Positions 56,218 to 64,000 of a DNA stretch of 64,000 nt are shown piece by piece; the first letter of the stretch is position 1; each line of letters begins with the position of its first letter. The position numbers were made by a program, and so were the translations under genes. The notes below the pieces were generated by a model. It had not been told where the DNA came from. It ran no database searches and worked only from the letters and a program-made list of their open reading frames with translations. The stretch comes from Phycisphaerae bacterium (lineage in GTDB: Bacteria > Planctomycetota > Phycisphaerae > Phycisphaerales > UBA1924), in NCBI GenBank assembly GCA_002706885.1, contig PAKY01000024.1, forward strand, positions 1,774-65,773, in the 5' to 3' direction.

Positions 56218-57676
56218 GGTTGCGGGTGGTCGAGCGGCGGATCTGATCGATCACGCGGGGTCGGAGGCTGGCGGCGATCGGCGGCCAGCGGGTGTCGCTC
56301 GCGAGCGGCGCGGTGACGACGTCGCGGTTGATGGCGATTCTGATGACGTCGAGGAGCCTGTTGGCGGCGTCGACCTCGTTCTCGGGGCTGACGGCGGCGG
56401 CGTTCGCGTTGGTGAGTTCGACGAGGAAGCCGCCTGCGTCGAAGGCTTCGGCGACGAGAGTCACGGTCTGGGCGTAGAGGTCCTCCGAGCGGCGGCCGTT
56501 GATCCACGAGAGATTGGGCTGCGCCTCGGCGAGTTGTCGAGCGGTGGGGGTCGATACGGACGCTGGCGGGGCTTCGGGGCTCGCGATCGCGTCGGCGAGG
56601 GGCGCGGCCATCGCGAGGGCGCCGGCTTTGGAGAGCAGCGTTGCGGCGTCTCGGCGGACGTCGAGGGCGTGGTCGATGTCGGCGTTGGCGTTGGCGAGGA
56701 GCGAGCCGATGTCGGGCTGACGGAGCGTCGCGAGCACGTCGTTGGCGGCGGCCTTGCCTGTGAGGACCCAGGCGACCTGGATGCAGTGCAGGTAGCCGCG
56801 ATTGTTGCGCATGCGAGCGAGGCTGATGAGGGTTCCGTCGAGGTTCGCCGCTCGTTCGAAGTCGGCGACGGCGGCGGCTCGGAGTTCGACGGCGCGGCGG
56901 ATGTCGTAGGCGTCGGCGTCGGTCGATTCCGCGAGTTCTCTCGCCTCGTAGAGCGAGCAGACGCCCCGTCCGTTGAGGGCGAGGCCGAGGTACGAGCCTT
57001 CGGGCATGAGCTGGATGGCGCATTCGAAGTCGGACTGGGCGGAGCGTCGCACGTCGCCTTGGCGGGCGGCGGTGTCGGTCATGAGGATCATGGTGGCGCC
57101 TCGGAGGGCGCGGAGGGCGGCGTGGGTGCGGCCTTCGACCTTGCAGGCGTCGCTCGAGATGCATTGGTCGAGCAGTTCGTGCGCCTCTGCGAACGCGCCG
57201 TCGGCGACGAGGTTGAGCGCGTCGATGAGGGTTGTCATCGCGGTGTAGTGCGATTCGCGGGTCTGCGACTCGGCGAGGGCGTTGATCTGGTCGAGGCGTT
57301 CTCTTGATTGCCTGGCGAAGACCCTGAACCGCTCGCTCGGGTTGTTGAAGCGGAAGGCGCGGAGTGACTCGTAGACCCGGTCTTCAAGGTCGGCGAGCAG
57401 GACGTCGGCAACGGGCTTGAGCGTCGTCTCGAGTTGCTTGAGCTCCTTGTACTCGGTTCGGGAGAGTTCGGGCGGAGAGAAGAAGCCGAGGCCGAACGCG
57501 GTTCCAACGGCGGCGATGACAACAGTGAGTTGGATGCCGAAGACCCACTTGAGATGGTCGGTCTGCGACTGGGCGGTGGCGACGCTCGCGGTGAGACGGC
57601 GGACCTCGTCCTCGAGGCGGTCGGTCGTGCTTGGCTTCAGGGGCTTGGTTTCGAGCTCGTGTTGGGTTGTGGTCAT
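56198..57676 (-). CDS. hypothetical membrane-anchored protein (coiled-coil, 1 TM, helical-repeat C-terminal region)
   Basis: ATG 57676, 5 nt after GGGAGG. TM VFGIQLTVVIAAVGTAFGLGFF. No named motif. The 3' end overlaps the ferredoxin gene by 20 nt (convergent). Confidence 0.68.
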   Translation of the reverse strand: MTTTQHELETKPLKPSTTDRLEDEVRRLTASVATAQSQTDHLKWVFGIQLTVVIAAVGTAFGLGFFSPPELSRTEYKELKQLETTLKPVADVLLADLEDRVYESLRAFRFNNPSERFRVFARQSRERLDQINALAESQTRESHYTAMTTLIDALNLVADGAFAEAHELLDQCISSDACKVEGRTHAALRALRGATMILMTDTAARQGDVRRSAQSDFECAIQLMPEGSYLGLALNGRGVCSLYEARELAESTDADAYDIRRAVELRAAAVADFERAANLDGTLISLARMRNNRGYLHCIQVAWVLTGKAAANDVLATLRQPDIGSLLANANADIDHALDVRRDAATLLSKAGALAMAAPLADAIASPEAPPASVSTPTARQLAEAQPNLSWINGRRSEDLYAQTVTLVAEAFDAGGFLVELTNANAAAVSPENEVDAANRLLDVIRIAINRDVVTAPLASDTRWPPIAASLRPRVIDQIRRSTTRNLSAALP

Positions 57677-57776
57677 TTGTGCCTCCCGCTGTCAGCCGAG
57701 GGGCGGCGCGGCGGGGGCGCAGGAATCTTCGACATCGGCCCAAAATGACGCCGGAGGCGGGTAGGGTCGACGTTGG

Positions 57777-59132
57777 TTACGCCGCGACGCGGCCCTTGGC
57801 GGGCTGGACGCGTGGGGCGATGACGACGGCGGTGACGTCGTCGGCCTGGTGGAGCGAGCCGATCTGGGTGTCGAGCTTGGCCTGCATGGCGGTGACGGCG
57901 TGGGCGAGGCCTTCACGGTCGTCGGCGGCGAGGGCGAGGTTGGCGAGTTCGGTCTCGTGGCGGCGGGAGGCGAGGGAGACGTCGAAGGCGCCCGGGCCTT
58001 CGCTCGGGGAGGCGACCTCGAAGCCGTCGGAGAAGAACACGGCGCGGGAGCCGTCGGAGAGGTCGACGGTGACTTCGTTGAAGAGTCCGTCGGGGAAGAC
58101 GCCGAGAAGGGGGCCGTCGCTGGTGGGGCGAGAGACGTCGCCGTTGGGGGCGACGATGAGCGGGGCGGGGTGACCCGCGGTGGCCATGCGCATCTGCATG
58201 GTTCTGGTGTTCAGGACGCCGTAGACGGCGGTCGCGAAGCGGCTTTGACCCTGGGCGCGGCCGCAGTAGGCGTGGTTGAGGCGGGCGAGGGCTTCGCTCG
58301 GCGGGACGACGCGGGCGGCGCCTGCGAAGCCGTCGATCTTGGGGAGCGAGCGGCTGATGAAGAGGGTGAGCATGCCCGCGGGGACGCCGTGGCCGACGGC
58401 ATCGGCGAGGAAGATGCCGATGTGGTGCTCGTCGAGCTGTTCGATGTCGAAGATGTCGCCGCTGACGTAGGTAGCGGGTCGGTAGATGACGCCGAAATCG
58501 ACGTCGGGGGTGTAGGGGGCGGCGCAGCGGACGAACTCGTGCTGGAGGGTCGCTGCCTTGTGGAGCTCGATGTGGACGCGGTCGAGCTCGTCGTGGATCT
58601 GCTGCTGGCTGAGCTGGCCGAGGCGGAGCTCAGAGGCGAGGCGCTCGAGGGCGGGCTGGCGGAGCATGAGGGCGCCGAGGGCGGAGGAGAGGTGCCCCGG
58701 TGAGACCTTGTCGGACTCGACGAGGACGCCGTGGTGCTGGAGGACGCCGCGGGCGAGGCGGGCGTGTTCGACGGGTTCGCGGTCGGTGATGACGACGACG
58801 GCGGGGGTAATGGTTCGGTCGAGGTGGTCGGCGATCTGGTAGAGGTGGGTGGAGGGGTAGCCCGGGCCGACGATGATCAGGACGGCGTCGGCGACGGGGT
58901 CGAGGACGCCAGCGGCGAGCGAATCGCGGGCGCCGAGGCCGCGATCGTGGGGCTTGGTCTCGTCGAGCATCGATCGGAGCTCATAGAGCCCGACGCGTTG
59001 TACCTTGGGTGTTTCGAGGTGGTCGGGCCAGTAGCGGAGGGTGGGGGTGATCCAGCGCTCTTCCGCGTTCCGGACGGACATGTCGGTGGCGATGATCAGG
59101 CGTCGGTCGCCGAGCCGTTTGACATGTTCCAC
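57777..59132 (-). CDS. PP2C-family (SpoIIE/RsbU-like) serine phosphatase with non-canonical N-terminal domain
   Basis: GTG 59132 after GGGAGA. PP2C core VSGDIFDIEQLDEHHIGIFLADAVGHGVPAGMLT .. VFFSDGF. The N-terminal about 150 aa has a receiver-like alpha/beta rhythm, but I cannot place a phospho-acceptor Asp. Confidence 0.88.
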   Translation of the reverse strand: MEHVKRLGDRRLIIATDMSVRNAEERWITPTLRYWPDHLETPKVQRVGLYELRSMLDETKPHDRGLGARDSLAAGVLDPVADAVLIIVGPGYPSTHLYQIADHLDRTITPAVVVITDREPVEHARLARGVLQHHGVLVESDKVSPGHLSSALGALMLRQPALERLASELRLGQLSQQQIHDELDRVHIELHKAATLQHEFVRCAAPYTPDVDFGVIYRPATYVSGDIFDIEQLDEHHIGIFLADAVGHGVPAGMLTLFISRSLPKIDGFAGAARVVPPSEALARLNHAYCGRAQGQSRFATAVYGVLNTRTMQMRMATAGHPAPLIVAPNGDVSRPTSDGPLLGVFPDGLFNEVTVDLSDGSRAVFFSDGFEVASPSEGPGAFDVSLASRRHETELANLALAADDREGLAHAVTAMQAKLDTQIGSLHQADDVTAVVIAPRVQPAKGRVAA

Positions 59133-59173
59133 CGTGATCTCCCGCGGACGGCACGCCCCGCGGCACTATCGGA

Positions 59174-59692
59174 TCACTTTGCGAGGGCCTTCAGGCGTTC
59201 ATGGTCGAGCTTGATCTCCTGGCCCTCCTGAACGTCGAGGTCTTCCAGCCTGCCACCCTTGAGTTCGATGACGTACTTCGCGGCGAACTTGCTGCCGTAG
59301 CGGGTGAGGCGTCGCTGGTAGGCAGCTTCGGCTTCGCCATCCTGCTTGAGCTCTACCTTCATCTGGTGGGTCGCCGTTACACGCCCCGTGGGGTCGAGAT
59401 AGATGATGTCGATGGGGGCGAGGCAGTTGTGCATCCAGAAGGATCGCTTATCAACGTCCGGAAACACGAAGAGCATGCCCTGGTCGGCGGGGATGTTCTC
59501 GCGGCCCTTGAGCCCTTCCTCGCGTGAGGGGTGGTCGATGGCGAGTTCGAGGTCGAAGGACTCGCCGTTGATCCGGACGCGTTCGAAGCCGGGCGGCGGG
59601 GGGTCCTGGGTTTCGCAGCCGGCGGTGAGGGACGCGAACGCGAGCATGGCCGCGAGGGCGAATGCGGCGGGGAGTTTCAAGAGAGCAGCCAA
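59174..59692 (-). CDS. DUF192-family lipoprotein
   Basis: Lipobox SLTAGC. GMLFVFPDVDKRSFWMHNCLAPIDIIYLD is typical of DUF192/COG1430. Confidence 0.85.
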   Translation of the reverse strand: MAALLKLPAAFALAAMLAFASLTAGCETQDPPPPGFERVRINGESFDLELAIDHPSREEGLKGRENIPADQGMLFVFPDVDKRSFWMHNCLAPIDIIYLDPTGRVTATHQMKVELKQDGEAEAAYQRRLTRYGSKFAAKYVIELKGGRLEDLDVQEGQEIKLDHERLKALAK

Positions 59693-60663
59693 AGGTCATC
59701 CTCCTTGGTGAACGTGACATCGTTGGCGGGGAGGGCGGTCAGGGAAAACGCCTGGCGGAATGCTTCGGCGTTCATGGGCTCGCGATGGTCGGTCAGGCCT
59801 GACCATCTTGCGAGGAGGCCGATGATGCGCTCGGGCGGGACGCCGCGATCGCGGTAGTGGCTGAGGCGGGTGTCGCCGTGGCGTTTGGCGAGGCGTCGGC
59901 CGTCTTCGCCACGGACGAGGGGGAGGTGGGTGTAGCGGGGGCGGTCGGTGATGCTGAGGGCGTCGTAGAGGAGGGTTTGCCTGGCGGCGGAATCGAGGAG
60001 GTCGGATCCGCGGACGACTTCGTTGACGCCCTGGCGCGCATCGTCGACGACGACGGCGAGTTGGTAGGCGGGTTGGGCTCGCTTCGTCCAGATGACGAAG
60101 TCGCCGACGGATTGAGCGGGTGTGATGACGCGCGGTCCGAGGAACGCGTCGTCGATGGTGATTGCGCGGTCGGGGACGACGAGTCGCCAGTTGGTGTCGG
60201 CGTCGTCGAAGGTCGTGGGGCGGTCGTCGGGGCGGAGCGAGGCGGGGTAGGGCGTCTCGTGCGGATCGCCTTCGTTGGGGGCGCTGGCGACCTGTTCGAT
60301 CTCGGCGCGTGTGAGTGAGCAGGGGTAGACGAGGCGGCGCGCGGCGAGCGCTGACATGGCATCGCGGTAGGGGTCGAGGTGGTGGGACTGGGTGAGGATG
60401 TCGTCGTCCCAGTCGAGGCCGAGCCATTCGAGGTCTTGGATGGCGTCGCGTTCGGCGCCCGGTTTGACGCGGGGCGTGTCGAGGTCCTCGATGCGCATCC
60501 GGATTGTCCATGAGGCGTTGCGCGCGATGGCCCAGTTGATGAGGAAGGTGCGCGCGTTGCCGAGGTGGAGGGCGCCCGTGGGGGAGGGGGCGAGGCGGGT
60601 GGTCCGCTGATCGTGCGTGTGCGCGTCGGGGGTTGGCACGGCCCAGATTAAGCGGTTGGCCAT
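59677..60663 (-). CDS. gluQ: glutamyl-Q tRNA(Asp) synthetase (GluQRS, truncated GluRS paralog)
   Basis: Start ATG 60663 (MANRLIW..). RLAPSPTGALHLGNARTFLINW (HIGH region), YQLAVVVDDARQGVNEVVRGSDLL, RRLAKRHGD. The listed ORF extends to 61296 but is antisense to the PCD gene there. Confidence 0.9.
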   Translation of the reverse strand: MANRLIWAVPTPDAHTHDQRTTRLAPSPTGALHLGNARTFLINWAIARNASWTIRMRIEDLDTPRVKPGAERDAIQDLEWLGLDWDDDILTQSHHLDPYRDAMSALAARRLVYPCSLTRAEIEQVASAPNEGDPHETPYPASLRPDDRPTTFDDADTNWRLVVPDRAITIDDAFLGPRVITPAQSVGDFVIWTKRAQPAYQLAVVVDDARQGVNEVVRGSDLLDSAARQTLLYDALSITDRPRYTHLPLVRGEDGRRLAKRHGDTRLSHYRDRGVPPERIIGLLARWSGLTDHREPMNAEAFRQAFSLTALPANDVTFTKEDDLWLLS

Positions 60664-60759
60664 CGTTGCGTCGGTCGCCCCGTGACGGGTAAGCTCTCGG
60701 TTTGATCGTGTGGTCGGCAGGGCCGCGGTCGCGCTTGGAGCGCGGCGGGTCGTCGGCGG

Positions 60760-61056
60760 ATGGGGCGTGAGGCCATGCAGAAGATGAGCGAGGGAGAGAT
60801 CGCCGAGTCGCTTGCGACGCTCGACAAGTGGGCGGAGGTCGGCGGCGAGATCCAGCGCACGTACCAGTTCGACGACTTCAAGGGCTCGATCGCGTTCGTG
60901 AACAAGGTCGCGGAGGCGGCGGAAGAGGCGCAGCACCACCCGGATATCATGATCCGGTTCAACAAGGTGACGCTGACGTTGAGCACGCACGACGCGGGCG
61001 GGATCACGGCGAAGGACTTCGATTTCGCGAAGACCGCCGACTCTTACAAGAACTGA
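60760..61056 (+). CDS. pterin-4-alpha-carbinolamine dehydratase
   Basis: IQRTYQFDDFKGSIAFVNKVAEAAEEAQHHPDIMIRFNKVTLTLSTHDAGGIT. Alternative start ATG 60775. Confidence 0.9.
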   Translation: MGREAMQKMSEGEIAESLATLDKWAEVGGEIQRTYQFDDFKGSIAFVNKVAEAAEEAQHHPDIMIRFNKVTLTLSTHDAGGITAKDFDFAKTADSYKN

Positions 61057-61110
61057 TCCGACAGTTTTACTCGACGGTGACCTGACCGCGGCGATGGCCG
61101 CGATGGAGCG

Positions 61111-61665
61111 ATGACGATGCGAACGATCCTGATGGCCGCGGCTGTAGGCGCCGCGACGCTTGTTTCCGGTTGTGCTTCGAACCGTCCCGCTCCGACCGAG
61201 CACGAGGTCGCGGCGCTCGGCGCGTCGGCGGAGGTCGCGTTCGACGATCTCGAGAAGCAGTTCCCGTGGGTCCGGCGTCGGGCGCGCGAGGCGCACGCGT
61301 ACGCGATCTTTCCGAACGTGACCAAGGGCGCGGCGGGGATCGGCGGGGCGGCGGGTGACGGGCTGGTCTATCGGCGTGGCGACCTGATCGGCACGGTGCG
61401 GATGTCGCAGGTGAGCGTGGGCGCGCAGATCGGCGGGTCGTCGTTCCGCGAGCTGATCCTGTTCGAGGATGAGCGGGCGCTTCGGCGGCTGATCGTCGGC
61501 GAGATGGAAGCGTCGGCGAACGCGAGCGCGGTCGCGGGCGACAACGGCGCGGCGGCGGCGAACGACTACAACGACGGCGTCGCGGTCTACGTTGTCGCGG
61601 TGGGGGGTCTGTTGCTCGACGCTTCGATCGGCACGCAGGACTTCGATTTCGACTATCTGGATTGA
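61111..61665 (+). CDS. SYLF (Ysc84/DUF500)-domain lipoprotein
   Basis: Lipobox TLVSGCAS. AYAIFPNVTKGAAGIGGAAGDGLVY..VSVGAQIGGSSFRELILFED. Confidence 0.8.
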   Translation: MTMRTILMAAAVGAATLVSGCASNRPAPTEHEVAALGASAEVAFDDLEKQFPWVRRRAREAHAYAIFPNVTKGAAGIGGAAGDGLVYRRGDLIGTVRMSQVSVGAQIGGSSFRELILFEDERALRRLIVGEMEASANASAVAGDNGAAAANDYNDGVAVYVVAVGGLLLDASIGTQDFDFDYLD

Positions 61666-61684
61666 TCGGCTGATCGAAGAAAAA

Positions 61685-61708
61685 CGCCGGGTCCGCGGGG
61701 ACCCGGCG
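61685..61708. terminator. bidirectional terminator hairpin
   Basis: CGCCGGGTCC-gcgg-GGACCCGGCG, flanked by GAAGAAAAA on the left and a T-rich run (TCCTCGTTCTTC) on the right. It lies between convergent stops at 61665 and 61739. Confidence 0.65.
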
Positions 61709-61738
61709 TCCTCGTTCTTCTACCTCTGCGTGAGCGTC

Positions 61739-64000
61739 TCAGGACGGGCAACCGATGCCGAAGAGTCGCAGGAACTCGACGACATCGGCGATGTCGTACG
61801 CGCCGAATGGCGCGGCGAGGTCGGCGGCTTCGTCCATGGCTCCGAACGCCTGAAGGAAGGTGACGACGTCGGAGATGTCGAGTTCGCCGAATGGCTCGGC
61901 GAGGTCGGCGTCGTTGCAGGAGCCGCCGACGAGGGTGACGGTAAGTGTGGAGCCAACTTCGAAGACGTCGACGATCTCAAAGACTTCTTCGGCGGCGAGA
62001 TCGAAGTTGAGCGGTGATCCATCGGCGAGCATTCCGGTGAGGACGCCGGTTCGGCGCGTGATGGTGAAGGGCTCGCCGGGCGTGAGACCCTCGATCGGCG
62101 CGCCGTTGATGAAGAACGACTCGCCGAGGATGTTGACGGCCGAGCCGGACGCCGCGTAGACGTTTCCAGAGAACACGCCGCCCGAGATGTTGATCTCCGA
62201 CCCGTCCCGGGCGATGAAGTTGACCAGGGCGCCGCCGGAGATATCGAGAACGGCGCCTGCTCGTGCCTCGAGGTCGTAGCCGACCTCGCCGGCGGCGATG
62301 CTTACTTTGGATTCCGCAAGAGCGAGGAGCTGTTCAGCGATGGCGCCGCCGGAGATATTGACGGTGGCGGCTCCGAACGCTCTGAAGCTTCGGGCGACCG
62401 CTCCGCTCGCGATGTTCACCACACTTCCTGCGTAGGCGGCGGACGCTTCTCCGATCGTTCCGCCATCGAGCGTGAATTCGCTTCCGCTGTAGACCTCGAG
62501 GCGGTCGGCGGCTGCGCCTCCGGTCATCGTGACTTGCGAGCCGGCGAACTTGGCGAGCGTTCCCACTGATCCGCCGTTGATGTCGAGCGTCGCATCGAGG
62601 GCTCGGAAATAGTCGGGCAGCGATCCATCGCCCGAGAGGGTGAGCGACTGGCCCGGGCGGAGCTGCTCGGGTCCGGCTCCGTTCTGGACGCTGATGGGGG
62701 TGGGATCGGCTGGGGGGATCGTCGTTGGCGTGATCGAGATCGCGGCGGGTCCGGGGGCGGTTTCCGCCGTGGTTCCCGGTTCGAGGAACTGGCGTCCGAT
62801 GATGATGACCGTGCCGTCGGCGAGCGTAGCGGCGAGCGTATCTCCGACTTCGAGCGATGTGGGGAGCGTCACGGCCGGCGAGCCGTTCAGACGGAATTCG
62901 GCGCCCTCAATCGTGAGCAGGCTGTCGTCCTGCCACGTCAGCCGTTCGCCGATGAGGCCGCCTGTGAGGTTGATGGTGGCGTCTTCGAAGGCGCTGACCG
63001 CAAGAACCTGTCCTGAGGCGATCGAGAGTTCGCTGTCGTCGCGGACGGCGGCGTTTGCGATGGCCGTCTCGCCCGAGACCGTCATAACGGCGTTGTCGTA
63101 GGCCCCGACGCGGTCACCGACGGCATCGCCCGATAGATCGACCTCGCTTCCGTCGAAGGCGTCGATGGACTCGAACTCGCCGCCCGAAACGCTGACCACG
63201 CTGTTCATGGCGTCGAGATCATCGCCTACGAAACCGCCTTCGATGTTCAGCGCTGCTCCTAGCGCAACGAAGTAGGACGGAAGGGCGCCGCCATCGGTGA
63301 GGGTCAGGGTCTGACCGGGACGGAGGCCCGACGGTCCGATGCCGGTGGCCACGGTCATCGGCTCTGGGTCGGCGGTGTCGAGAGGCGCCGAGACAAGCGT
63401 TGTCGTACCCGAGGCGAATGAGTCGGAGATCACACCGGAGAAGACGTCGGCGGGAACCTCGGCGAACAGGAACACGTCGCCGTTCGCGAGCGTGCCCGCG
63501 AGGGCGTCGCCCGGTTGGAGACCACCGTCGGGGAGCGAACTCACAGGTGAGCCGTTGAGGGTGAATTCACCGCCCACGATCGACAGCGAGCTTCCGCTGA
63601 GCGCGCGGAAGCGCTCTCCGAATGCGCCGCCGGTCATCGAGACGGCGCTTCCACCCTGGAGGTCCGAGTTTCGTCCGATGATTCCACCGGAGATCGCGAC
63701 CGTGCTTCCGTTCATCGCGACGAAGTTGCTGGTCAGAAGGCCGCCCGAGATGTTCACCGTGCTGCCCGAGCGAGCTTCGAAGCGGAACGCGAAATTTCCA
63801 CCGAAGATGTCGGTGGTTCCGCCGTAGATGCGGGTGTTGTCGCCGAAGGAACCATCGAAGATGCTGACCTGGCTGTTGACGTGTGCCGCGAACTCGTGAT
63901 CGACGGTTCCCGACAAGAAGTTCAGGTCGACACCCGGTCCCGCGTCGAAGGAGCGATCGATGAGGCCGCCGTCGACGTTGATGACGACGTTCGACACGGC
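61739..64000 (-). CDS. large secreted beta-helix-type repeat protein with GC-type dockerin-like module (N-terminus outside window)
   Basis: The frame is open to the window edge. It contains dozens of (I/V)SGG..-type rungs and three larger units each ending F(T/R/F)(L/I)NG(S/A)P..L(A/T)G(T/M)LA(N/D)G. Tail CNDADLAEPFGELDISDVVTFLQAFGAMDEAADLAAPFGAYDIADVVEFLRLFGIGCPS. Confidence 0.85.
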   Translation of the reverse strand, partial: AVSNVVINVDGGLIDRSFDAGPGVDLNFLSGTVDHEFAAHVNSQVSIFDGSFGDNTRIYGGTTDIFGGNFAFRFEARSGSTVNISGGLLTSNFVAMNGSTVAISGGIIGRNSDLQGGSAVSMTGGAFGERFRALSGSSLSIVGGEFTLNGSPVSSLPDGGLQPGDALAGTLANGDVFLFAEVPADVFSGVISDSFASGTTTLVSAPLDTADPEPMTVATGIGPSGLRPGQTLTLTDGGALPSYFVALGAALNIEGGFVGDDLDAMNSVVSVSGGEFESIDAFDGSEVDLSGDAVGDRVGAYDNAVMTVSGETAIANAAVRDDSELSIASGQVLAVSAFEDATINLTGGLIGERLTWQDDSLLTIEGAEFRLNGSPAVTLPTSLEVGDTLAATLADGTVIIIGRQFLEPGTTAETAPGPAAISITPTTIPPADPTPISVQNGAGPEQLRPGQSLTLSGDGSLPDYFRALDATLDINGGSVGTLAKFAGSQVTMTGGAAADRLEVYSGSEFTLDGGTIGEASAAYAGSVVNIASGAVARSFRAFGAATVNISGGAIAEQLLALAESKVSIAAGEVGYDLEARAGAVLDISGGALVNFIARDGSEINISGGVFSGNVYAASGSAVNILGESFFINGAPIEGLTPGEPFTITRRTGVLTGMLADGSPLNFDLAAEEVFEIVDVFEVGSTLTVTLVGGSCNDADLAEPFGELDISDVVTFLQAFGAMDEAADLAAPFGAYDIADVVEFLRLFGIGCPS
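61742..61918 (-). repeat. GC-type dockerin-like module, copy 5 (inverted orientation)
   Basis: 59 codons, CNDADLAEPFGELDISDVV...FGIGCPS. Confidence 0.85.

Noticed and set aside
59677-61296. 539-aa version of the GluQRS ORF
   Set aside because: The upstream 211 codons are antisense to the pterin dehydratase gene and are Arg-rich. The synthetase homology begins right after ATG 60663.

Overview
This is a gene-dense, visibly very GC-rich bacterial chromosomal segment. Codon position 3 strongly prefers G/C, so long spurious antisense ORFs occur throughout. I did not compute a GC value. I support about 55 protein-coding genes. I could not recognise any rRNA, tRNA, CRISPR array, transposase or integrase. 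Housekeeping genes present are tsaD, mutS, gyrA, rpsA, gdhA, ald, nfo, queF, rlmE, a GluQ-like synthetase, a MoxR ATPase, an aldo/keto reductase, an SDR, a 2Fe-2S ferredoxin and PCD. They are interleaved with an unusually heavy load of secreted or surface proteins, which fall into two classes defined only by their extreme C-termini. (i) Six proteins end in VP[A/T/L]P, about 15 hydrophobic residues, then RRRR (a PEP-CTERM-like sorting tail). Five of them cluster at 37.5-42.5 kb and one lies at 1.5 kb. (ii) Five proteins end in a 57-59 aa Cys-bracketed, internally duplicated module terminating in GCP (GC-type dockerin-like). Four are in tandem at 44.2-51.2 kb and one lies at 61.7 kb. One hydrolase-like protein at 3.1-4.4 kb carries a canonical DxDxDG calcium-type dockerin version of the same terminus. 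The two islands are separated only by a 0.6 kb poorly coding spacer and one OB/HD gene. The spacer contains a coding-like small ORF interrupted by an in-frame TAG. No exosortase, cohesin-like receptor or other dedicated machinery is visible, so any anchoring system is incomplete in this window. The combination suggests Planctomycetota (Phycisphaerae-like), but that is inference only. I see no clear defence, toxin or mobile system. The most interesting candidate is the GC-type dockerin-like display array. Start codons are my best guesses from RBS and signal-peptide context. All functional calls rest on motif recognition by eye, not on searches.
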